DNA of 64,000 bases from Candidatus Cryptobacteroides sp. (GTDB taxonomy: Bacteria; Bacteroidota; Bacteroidia; Bacteroidales; UBA932), in NCBI GenBank assembly GCA_045224215.1, contig JBGVAE010000093.1:113-64112 (forward strand). The letters are read 5' to 3'. The position numbers were made by a program, and so were the translations under genes. The notes under the pieces were generated by a model. It was not told the origin of the DNA. It did no database searches and saw only the letters and a list, made by a program, of their open reading frames with translations. Below, one piece after another: positions 56,994-64,000 of the stretch (within the stretch, counting starts at the first letter, position 1; every line of letters starts with the position of its first letter).

Positions 56994-58883
56994 TTATTTC
57001 TCCTCCTCGCTCTCCTCAACCTTGCGGATCTTGTCCTCAAGGTCCTTCAGTTCCTGCTTTGCGGCTTCGATGCGCTCCTGCATCTGCTGGATCAGAGGGG
57101 CGGAATTCTTGGAAGCCGAGAAGAATCCGATGTTGTTCTCGTAGGTATCGATGTCCTGCTGGAGTTTGTTGTATTGCTGTACGAGACGATCCTTTTCGCT
57201 CAACGGCCTTCTGGAAGTGCCGGCATTCCGGCTGCCGGTGTTCCTGGAAGCCCTTGGTGAGAAATCAGGGAATTTAGCCTGCATTGCTTCGGAATATGCC
57301 TTCTGGATGTTTTCCTTCTCTTTGTAAGGAACGAATCCGATAGCGCGCCATTTCTCGTTGAACTCCTGAGCTGCAGCCTGATCCGCCTCAGCATCCTTGT
57401 GCTCATAGGCATAGATCTCCTCGATCAAAGCCTTCTTGGCCTTCAGGTTGCCGTAATAGTCGTTCTCAGGCTTGGCATTCTTGTCCCTCTCGTCAAAGAA
57501 GGCATCGCAAGCTGCACGGAAACGCTTCCAGAGCATCTCTGACTTCTTGCGAGGTACAGCACCGATCTCCTTCCACTGCTTCTGGAGGGCGATGAGAGCC
57601 TCGGTGGTCTTCTTCCACTCCTTGCTATCCTTGAGGGCCTCTGCCTGCTCGATGAGGGAGATCTTTTTCTCCATATTCTCGTTCATGGAATCCTTGAACT
57701 GGGAATAGTAGTCGCGCTTGCGGGAGAAGAACTTGTCGCATGCTGCGCGGAAGCGGTCGTAAATCTTCTGGTTCTCCTTCTTGGTAGCGAATCCAATGGT
57801 TCTCCACTTCTTCTGGATTTCCTCGATCTCACTTGTCAGCTGGTTCCACTCGTTGGAAGACTTGACCTCCTTCTCAGCGATGGCCTCAACTTGCTCGCAA
57901 AGCTTCTCCTTCTCAACAAGGTTCTCCTGCTGCTTCTCTTTCTGGCCCTCGAAATAGGCTTGGTATTTCTTATTGATGACAGCAGTGGCAGCCTTGAAAC
58001 GCTCCCAGATGGAATCGCGGAATTCCTTAGCTACTGGGCCATATTCCTTCCACTGCTCGTGGAGTTTCTGGAGCTCGCGGAAAGCATCCACTACATTCTC
58101 CTGCTCGGCGAGCTTCTCGGCCTCCTCGCAGAATTCCTGCTTGGCTTCAAGATTCTTCTTGAAATCGAGGTCCCTGAGGTCCCTGTTGATCTTCACCATG
58201 TCGTAGAACTTCTCGACATAGAACTGGTAGGTGTCATTAAGGTTGCGGAACTTCGTGGCAGGGACCGGTCCGATCTCCCTCCAGCGGTTCTGGAGCTCGC
58301 GGAATGCAGGGAAGGTCGAACTGACGTCTTCCTGCTTCTCGACGAGATTCTTAAGATCCTCGATTACAGCCTGTTTCTTGACAAAATTATCTTCCCGCTG
58401 AGCATCCTGCTGGCGGTTATATTCAGCACGCTCCTTCTTGTAGTTGGCATAGACACCCTTGAAAGCCATTTCAATGGCCTCGAAAGGATTGTCTCTTTCC
58501 TCTGCCTGAGGTGCCGGAGCGACGTCCTCGATAACATCCTCGCGGGAAGATGGTTCATCCACCTTCGCCCCCAGGCCGGCATCTGCCTTCTCCTTGGAAA
58601 GCCTCTTATAGAATGCCGACTTGATTGCTTCGGCTTCCTTGTATCTTCTCATTCTGTTCTCGTCCTGGGACAGTTTGTCGAACATGTCGGACAACTCGGC
58701 AAGCGTCAAGCTTCCGAGGTCCACCGGAGTTTCTTCAACTACGTCTTCGACTACCTCTTCAACGACCTCTTCTACTTTTTCCTCTGCCTTTACTGCGGTC
58801 TCTTCAACCTCGGGCTTGATGGTCTCAGGAGTTTCCACTACATCTGGAGTCTGGTTGACTACAGGAACATTTTCTTCGCTCAT
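56994..58883 (-). CDS. DUF349 domain-containing helical repeat protein
   Basis: Repeated K..L.E..E.L....W....Q.W..IG.V..W.RF.AA..F units; acidic N-terminal tail. Confidence 0.85.
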   Translation of the reverse strand: MSEENVPVVNQTPDVVETPETIKPEVEETAVKAEEKVEEVVEEVVEDVVEETPVDLGSLTLAELSDMFDKLSQDENRMRRYKEAEAIKSAFYKRLSKEKADAGLGAKVDEPSSREDVIEDVAPAPQAEERDNPFEAIEMAFKGVYANYKKERAEYNRQQDAQREDNFVKKQAVIEDLKNLVEKQEDVSSTFPAFRELQNRWREIGPVPATKFRNLNDTYQFYVEKFYDMVKINRDLRDLDFKKNLEAKQEFCEEAEKLAEQENVVDAFRELQKLHEQWKEYGPVAKEFRDSIWERFKAATAVINKKYQAYFEGQKEKQQENLVEKEKLCEQVEAIAEKEVKSSNEWNQLTSEIEEIQKKWRTIGFATKKENQKIYDRFRAACDKFFSRKRDYYSQFKDSMNENMEKKISLIEQAEALKDSKEWKKTTEALIALQKQWKEIGAVPRKKSEMLWKRFRAACDAFFDERDKNAKPENDYYGNLKAKKALIEEIYAYEHKDAEADQAAAQEFNEKWRAIGFVPYKEKENIQKAYSEAMQAKFPDFSPRASRNTGSRNAGTSRRPLSEKDRLVQQYNKLQQDIDTYENNIGFFSASKNSAPLIQQMQERIEAAKQELKDLEDKIRKVEESEEEK

Positions 58884-58993
58884 AAAGCATTAAAATTAAG
58901 AGTTACACTTCATTGCAATTCTTGTTGCAGTTTACAAATATACCTAAAAAAACAATTAAAAAACCTATTTTTGCAAAAAGGTATTTTAATAAT

Positions 58994-59692
58994 ATGCGTA
59001 TAGATATCCTGACTGTCGTTCCAGAGCTGCTGGAAAGCCCTTTGAGCCATTCCATTGTGGGAAGGGCCATAAAGAAAGGATTGGTGGAAATACACGTCCA
59101 GAACATACGGAAATTCGGCATCGGTCCGAGAGCGACGGTTGATGATTACAGTTACGGCGGCGATGCCGGAATGGTCATGATGGTCGAACCCGTGGAGAAA
59201 ATGATAGAATCCTTGAAGAACGAGAGGGAATATGACGAAATAATCTACATGTCCCCTGACGGAGAGAGGCTGACTCAGGGAATATCCAACCAGCTCTCCT
59301 TATGCGGGAACATCATGATTCTCTGCGGACATTACAAAGGCATCGACCACAGGATCAGGGAGCATCTGATAACCAGGGAGATATCTGTCGGAGACTATGT
59401 AGTCAGCGGCGGAGAGATCCCGGCCGCCCTGCTCGCTGATTCAATCGTCAGGCTGATCCCGGGAGCTCTTTCCGATGAGACCTCAGCCCTGAGCGACAGT
59501 TTCCAGGACGGTCTCCTCTCCCCTCCTGTCTATACCAGGCCAGCCGACTACAAAGGATGGAAGGTCCCTGAAGTTCTCTTGAGCGGAAATCCCAAACTCA
59601 TCCAGGCCTGGCAGGACGAGCAGGCACTGGAACGTACGAAGAGATTACGCCCGGAATTATTGGAAGGTCTTGATAGTCAATCGAAAAAGTAG
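58994..59692 (+). CDS. trmD: tRNA (guanine37-N1)-methyltransferase
   Basis: [48 protein letters not shown]. Start 58994. Confidence 0.97.
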   Translation: MRIDILTVVPELLESPLSHSIVGRAIKKGLVEIHVQNIRKFGIGPRATVDDYSYGGDAGMVMMVEPVEKMIESLKNEREYDEIIYMSPDGERLTQGISNQLSLCGNIMILCGHYKGIDHRIREHLITREISVGDYVVSGGEIPAALLADSIVRLIPGALSDETSALSDSFQDGLLSPPVYTRPADYKGWKVPEVLLSGNPKLIQAWQDEQALERTKRLRPELLEGLDSQSKK

Positions 59693-59731
59693 AATCGGTC
59701 ATAAAACGTTTAAAAGTTTCCGTCCCAAACC

Positions 59732-59762
59732 TTGGTTTAAACGTTTTTTTACCTTACTTTTG
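59732..59762 (+). promoter_or_regulatory. Bacteroidota-type promoter with no downstream + strand CDS
   Basis: TTG (59732-59734), 20-nt spacer, TACTTTTG (59755-59762). Confidence 0.65.
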
Positions 59763-59767
59763 CAGTG

Positions 59768-59866
59768 AGAAAAGAGTATCACTCTAACGACTACACCTTC
59801 TTAATATAGAATAAGGTAATACACTACTAACTAACCGAAACAAGCCCGCAGAGATGCGGGCTTGCT
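59768..59866 (+). ncRNA. Candidate ~100-nt small RNA
   Basis: Lies between the promoter above and the 59841-59864 hairpin; internal hairpins AGAGT/ACTCT and ACCTT/AAGGT; A/C-rich unpaired stretch. Ends are approximate; inferred. Confidence 0.5.
59841..59864. terminator. GC-rich hairpin (terminator of the SEC-C gene and/or the candidate sRNA)
   Basis: CAAGCCCGCA-GAGA-TGCGGGCTTG; TTT follows on the minus strand only. Confidence 0.75.
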
Positions 59867-59884
59867 GCGTATAATACTCCCTCG

Positions 59885-61036
59885 TCAGTTCATGATGCGG
59901 CCGTGGCAGAACCTGTACGAAAGTCCGGATCCGCAAGGACAGAGATCGTCCGGTGCCGCAGGTGGAACGAAAAGGCCGAGTAGAGGATTCTTCCTGATAA
60001 TGGCTCCCAACTGATCCTCGTCAGGCTGGAGGATTACCTTGAGACACTTGGCTTCGTTGGCTGAATAACCGCTCAGCAGCCACTTCGGGAGGGTGTTCGC
60101 ATAGGCAGCTACGATATCCATGCAGGCATTGTATTGCTCGAATGTGAGGATATCATCCTGCTTGGCAGTCACAGCAGCGAATATCGCCTCGGCAGCATCG
60201 TTGTCCCCGCACATCTGGGAATGCATCCATATTTCATGTTCCTCGCGCACAAGGTCGTCTCCGGAATAACCAAGGTCGGAAAGCATGCGGACCAAATCCT
60301 TACCCTCAGGTGTATCAAGACCGAAAACGAAATAAGGTGCACCGGTCCCCGCTTCAACGGCCTGGCATGGAGAGAAGCGCTTCATGTCCCGTACGGAATC
60401 GAATTCCGTACGACCTGACAAGATCGACTCCGGCTCATATATCGCCGGCGAGAAGATGTAACGCATCCCCTCGTGGTCGAAACTGCAAAGTTTCAGCAAA
60501 GGACTTTCGTAAACCATGTCCGTAAACTTGTCCAGCCCCTGCTTCTTGGATGACTCCCAATAATCGAGCATAAGGTCGAAAAACTCCTCGATTGCCAGGA
60601 CCCCGTAAATGGAAAGATATCCAAGGGCCGCCCTTTCCACCTCGAACGCTCCACTCGACTCCCCTTCCTTTATCGCTTCGTCAATATGAGGAGCGACTAC
60701 ATCATAAAGGTCTTTGGGAATCCAGACACTGCGACAGGACGGATCGGAAGTATCAGAACCTATCAGGCGCACAGTCTCAAGCACTGAAGGATAATCGGGA
60801 TACCCCAGGGTAAGGGGTACCTCCGGACCTGCATCGACCAGTCTGGAGAGCAGTCTCAAATCCCTCTCCAGCATCTTGGACAGCCACTGAGAGGGTTTTG
60901 TGACGATATATCCCCCCAATTTCTCTACAAGATCTTTCTTGCGCACGTGCATCGGGACATCAGCTCCGAAATAGCGCCTGATGTCTTCCAATTCCGCCTT
61001 CAGGAAAGTGTCGAGTATGTCGTAGATGGTATTCAC
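59885..61036 (-). CDS. Hypothetical protein with C-terminal SEC-C motif
   Basis: C-terminal DDLCPCGSGLSYRFCHG; remainder not recognised. Confidence 0.8.
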   Translation of the reverse strand: MNTIYDILDTFLKAELEDIRRYFGADVPMHVRKKDLVEKLGGYIVTKPSQWLSKMLERDLRLLSRLVDAGPEVPLTLGYPDYPSVLETVRLIGSDTSDPSCRSVWIPKDLYDVVAPHIDEAIKEGESSGAFEVERAALGYLSIYGVLAIEEFFDLMLDYWESSKKQGLDKFTDMVYESPLLKLCSFDHEGMRYIFSPAIYEPESILSGRTEFDSVRDMKRFSPCQAVEAGTGAPYFVFGLDTPEGKDLVRMLSDLGYSGDDLVREEHEIWMHSQMCGDNDAAEAIFAAVTAKQDDILTFEQYNACMDIVAAYANTLPKWLLSGYSANEAKCLKVILQPDEDQLGAIIRKNPLLGLFVPPAAPDDLCPCGSGLSYRFCHGRIMN

Positions 61037-61038
61037 TG

Positions 61039-61767
61039 TCAGATCTCAATCATCTTCATTTCGATGTCGTCGACAGGCCGGTCGCCGCGGCCGGTGGCAG
61101 ATGCCTGGATCATTTCCACGACATCGAGTCCTTCCTCAACTTCACCGAAAACAGTATACTGACCGTCCAGATGAGGAGTTCCACCTATGGTCGAGTACAA
61201 TGCTATCTGGTCTGAGTTCAGTCCGGCATCTTCAGCCTTCAGCTCAGCCTCGGAAGCAAGTTTCTCCTGAAGAGCCTGAAGACCCGCATTGTCCCTGTCA
61301 CGGCGCATCTGCAGTATCTCCGAGCGGCGGGCAAGAGCCAGTTCATTGAATATTTCCTGGGCCCTCTGCATCTTGAGCTGCCTGGAGAACTGCTTGAGCT
61401 GTCCTTCATTATAAACCTGTCCCCAGACTATATAGAACTGGGAGCCGCTGCTCCTGCGCTCGGGATTGACCTCGTCACCTTGCCTTGCAGCAGCAAGCGC
61501 TCCCCGCTTATGGAATATTCCCTCCTTGATTTCAGCTTCGATGGTAAATCCAGGTCCGCCTGTGCCGAGCATCTTGCCGGCAGGAGCTCCCTTTGATTCA
61601 GGATCTCCGCCCTGGATCATGAAGTCCTTGATCACCCGATGGAAGATAGTGCCGTCGTAATACCCTTCCCTGACAAGTTTGATGAAGTTGTCCCTGTGAA
61701 GAGGAGTCTCATCGTAAAGGCGAACGATGATGTCGCCAAGAGTAGTCTGTATCTTTACCTTAGACAT
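61039..61767 (-). CDS. Cyclophilin-type peptidyl-prolyl isomerase
   Basis: LYDETPLHRDNF, FHRVIKDFMIQGGD, HKRGALAAAR, SSGSQFYIV, HLDGQYTVFGEV. Confidence 0.93.
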   Translation of the reverse strand: MSKVKIQTTLGDIIVRLYDETPLHRDNFIKLVREGYYDGTIFHRVIKDFMIQGGDPESKGAPAGKMLGTGGPGFTIEAEIKEGIFHKRGALAAARQGDEVNPERRSSGSQFYIVWGQVYNEGQLKQFSRQLKMQRAQEIFNELALARRSEILQMRRDRDNAGLQALQEKLASEAELKAEDAGLNSDQIALYSTIGGTPHLDGQYTVFGEVEEGLDVVEMIQASATGRGDRPVDDIEMKMIEI

Positions 61768-61833
61768 GATTTCTTTTATTAGATGGCAAATATAGCAATA
61801 GAACGGAAATAATCCGTAATTTTGCGGTTGCCG

Positions 61834-63003
61834 ATGCAGAAGAAAAGATACATCATACTCGATGCCCTCCGAGGCTTCGCGATCCTGGGAATCATACTTG
61901 CGAATTTCCCTGAATTCTCGCTCTGGACTTTCTCCTCCCCTGCCACATGGACTACTTCGGATCGGATTACCAGGGCGATACTGACATTCTTCGTGGACGG
62001 AAAATTCTATACCCTGTTCTCACTGCTCTTCGGAATGGGGTTTTCCATCCAGCTCGCCAATGCAGAAGGTAAACTTAAGACATTCTACAGGAGGATGACT
62101 GTGCTGATGGTGATCGGCCTCCTGCACCTATGCTTCCTTTGGAGCGGCGACATCCTGATGCTGTACGCCCTCTGCGGGATGATCCTTCCTCTTTTCAGGA
62201 AACTTCCCACAAAAAAGATACTCCTCGCTGCTGGAATATTCTTCATCCTGCCCGTAATAAGCGACGCCATGTTCGGGAATATGCTTTCAGCACCCCTGGA
62301 GGAGAAGCAATGGCAGATATGCAGCCTCTATGGAATAACTCAGGAGAATTTCGGGAGTTGGCTCTCGGATGCAGGTTCTTACCGACAAGTACTGCAATTC
62401 CTCCATCAGGGAGCAGTAGAGAGGATGTGGGAATTCGTATCCGGGCACAGGTACTTCAAGGTTCTGGGACTTTTCCTTACAGGATACGCCGTTGGCAGGG
62501 AAAGGGTGTATGCAGAACTGGATACGTTCAGGCCGCTCCTAAAAAAAGTTGCTACTCTCGGATTCACTTTGGGCATTCCTTTCGGCATCCTTTATACCTG
62601 GAGCGTGGTCTGTGGAAGGCCATGGGGAGATGTCGCCCACAGCATCCTCTACCTTGTAAGCGTATATCCCATGGGGTTTGCCTACGCTGCTCTGTTCTGC
62701 CTGCTGTTTGAAAAGAGAGCTGACGGCAGCGGCTGGAAGTTGCTTTCCTACCCTGGCCGGATGGCCTGCACCAACTACCTTGGCCAGTCGGTCTTCGGAA
62801 TCATTATTTTCTACGGCATCGGTTTCGGACTCGGCGGCAAGGTCGGGCTCCTGGGTACGACACTGATCGCACTGGCAGTATATGCCTTTCAGGTCTGTTT
62901 CAGCCACCTTTGGATGAAGCATTTCGCCTTCGGCCCCGTGGAGTGGGTCTGGCGTATGCTCACTTACGGCAAGATCCTCCCGATCAAGAAATTACAGGGA
63001 TAG
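61834..63003 (+). CDS. DUF418 (YeiB-like) membrane protein
   Basis: LDALRGFAILGI, GKFYTLFSLLFGMGF, GDILMLYA, GRMACTNYLGQS, FGPVEWVWR. Start 61834 follows the -7 box at 61817-61824. Confidence 0.9.
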   Translation: MQKKRYIILDALRGFAILGIILANFPEFSLWTFSSPATWTTSDRITRAILTFFVDGKFYTLFSLLFGMGFSIQLANAEGKLKTFYRRMTVLMVIGLLHLCFLWSGDILMLYALCGMILPLFRKLPTKKILLAAGIFFILPVISDAMFGNMLSAPLEEKQWQICSLYGITQENFGSWLSDAGSYRQVLQFLHQGAVERMWEFVSGHRYFKVLGLFLTGYAVGRERVYAELDTFRPLLKKVATLGFTLGIPFGILYTWSVVCGRPWGDVAHSILYLVSVYPMGFAYAALFCLLFEKRADGSGWKLLSYPGRMACTNYLGQSVFGIIIFYGIGFGLGGKVGLLGTTLIALAVYAFQVCFSHLWMKHFAFGPVEWVWRMLTYGKILPIKKLQG

Positions 63004-63159
63004 CTGGCATATAAATCGCTGGGAATTCCGCCGAACATCGTAATGAAATGGACGGGCCACAGCGATTATTCTTCCATGAAACCCTATATCGACATCGTGG
63101 ATGATATCAAGGCCACCTCGATGACGAAGTTCAATGACTTGTTAGAGAAAAATGATTAA
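63004..63159 (+). pseudogene. 3' stub of a tyrosine recombinase/integrase
   Basis: Translates LAYKSLGIPPNIVMKWTGHSDYSSMKPYIDIVDDIKATSMTKFNDLLEKND*. LG....VMKWTGH..Y..M.PY resembles the box II / catalytic-Tyr end of Bacteroidales integrases. No upstream part is present. Confidence 0.8.
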
Positions 63160-63180
63160 TTTCGCATAAAAGAACGCGCT

Positions 63181-64000
63181 ATGGCAAAGAAGACAAGTAA
63201 TATTACTGTGAATACTAATGGGCCAGAGGTGGTAACAAATTGTGACCACCTCGAACTGGAGCCTGTAGAAAGCCGCATTTTGAGCATTCGCGGTATTCAA
63301 GTAATAGTCGATAGAGATCTTGCTGATCTGTATGGTGTAGAAACGAAATCTCTGAATCAAGCTGTCAAGAGAAATATAGATAGATTCCCGGAATCGTTCA
63401 GGTTTCAGATGTCAAAAGAAGAGGTTGATAAGGTGGTAACAAATTGTGACCGCCTCTCGGTTTTAAAGTTCTCACCTAATAAACCCTATGCTTTTACCGA
63501 ACAAGGAGTTGCAATGCTGGCATCAGTTCTTCATAGTCCATCAGCAGTCCAAATCAGTGTAAAGATCATAGAGGCATTCGTCGCTATGCGCCATTTCCTA
63601 TTGTCGAATGCGCAAGTGTTCCAGAGACTGGACCGTATTGAGTATAAACAACTTGAGACTGATCATAAGATTGAGCAGATCTTCGACAAGTTGGAAGAGC
63701 GGGCTGTCGTTCCTAAGCAGAACATCTTCTACGATGGACAAATCTTCGATGCCTATCGGTTTGTCGCCGGGCTCATCAAAAGCGCAAAGAAGGAGATAGT
63801 TCTGATTGACAATTATGTAGATGAGACTGTATTGACGATGCTTGATAAACGGGGGCCTTCCGTGAAAGCAACGATCTACACCAAGCAAGTTTCCGCACAG
63901 TTCCAACTGGATATTAACAGGCACAATGCACAGTATTCTCCCATCGAAGTCCAAGCTTTTAACAAAGCCCACGACAGGTTCCTGATCATTGATGAAAAAG
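63181..64000 (+). CDS. ORF6N domain DNA-binding protein (partial, runs off the window)
   Basis: My translation from ATG 63181 has no stop: IRGIQVIVDRDLADLYGVETKSLNQAVKRNIDRFP, PYAFTEQGVAMLASVL, IFYDGQIFDAY, LIDNYVD, HDRFLIID. Absent from the ORF track, probably because it has no stop in the window. Confidence 0.9.
   Translation, partial: MAKKTSNITVNTNGPEVVTNCDHLELEPVESRILSIRGIQVIVDRDLADLYGVETKSLNQAVKRNIDRFPESFRFQMSKEEVDKVVTNCDRLSVLKFSPNKPYAFTEQGVAMLASVLHSPSAVQISVKIIEAFVAMRHFLLSNAQVFQRLDRIEYKQLETDHKIEQIFDKLEERAVVPKQNIFYDGQIFDAYRFVAGLIKSAKKEIVLIDNYVDETVLTMLDKRGPSVKATIYTKQVSAQFQLDINRHNAQYSPIEVQAFNKAHDRFLIIDEK
63226..63456. repeat. Two copies of a 27-bp near-perfect palindrome inside the ORF6N gene
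   Basis: GAGGTGGTAACAAATTGTGACCACCTC (63226-63252) and AAGGTGGTAACAAATTGTGACCGCCTC (63430-63456). Confidence 0.9.

Noticed and set aside
58741-58790. Repetitive EEVVEEVVEDVVEE-coding DNA
   Set aside because: Low-complexity acidic linker of the DUF349 protein.
63142-63360. 72-aa minus-strand ORF containing EVVTICYHL
   Set aside because: Antisense to ORF6N; the echo of the peptide is a consequence of the palindrome.

Overview
A gene-dense, GC-rich chromosomal window from a Bacteroidales-type bacterium (inferred from the SusC/SusD pair, many TAnnTTTG -7 promoter boxes and AT-rich translation starts). Contents in order: a structured inverted-repeat element (44-169); mazG; a CoA-transferase; an OPA-family MFS transporter; SGNH hydrolase/flippase/MATE genes; a MarR-headed six-gene heterodisulfide-reductase-like cluster (hdrC, hdrB, short hdrA, small Fe-S protein, membrane/CCG fusion); rsgA; a polyprenyl synthase; a starch-type PUL (MFS, susC, susD, seven-repeat SusE/F-like protein, susG, a CotH-kinase lipoprotein, a GH13-GH13 fusion) divergent from a LytS/LytTR two-component pair; then mostly housekeeping genes (glyA, OmpA proteins, GH2, tRNA-Cys, rlmI, pssA, pepC, rubrerythrin, GH25, lpxB, surE, gap, yggS, yidC, trmD, cyclophilin). 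The last 1 kb is an AT-richer mobile-element edge (tyrosine-integrase 3' stub plus an ORF6N gene running off the window). Best candidates for new biology: (1) three GACGAA boxes at an exact 21-bp period between the PUL and the LytS/LytTR pair, suggesting LytTR control of a starch PUL; (2) the Hdr/Qmo-like membrane redox cluster; (3) an orphan promoter-to-hairpin unit after trmD that looks like an sRNA; (4) a duplicated 27-bp palindrome inside the ORF6N coding sequence; (5) a CotH kinase inside a starch PUL. No CRISPR array or rRNA was seen. All family calls come from motif recognition by eye; no database searches were run.
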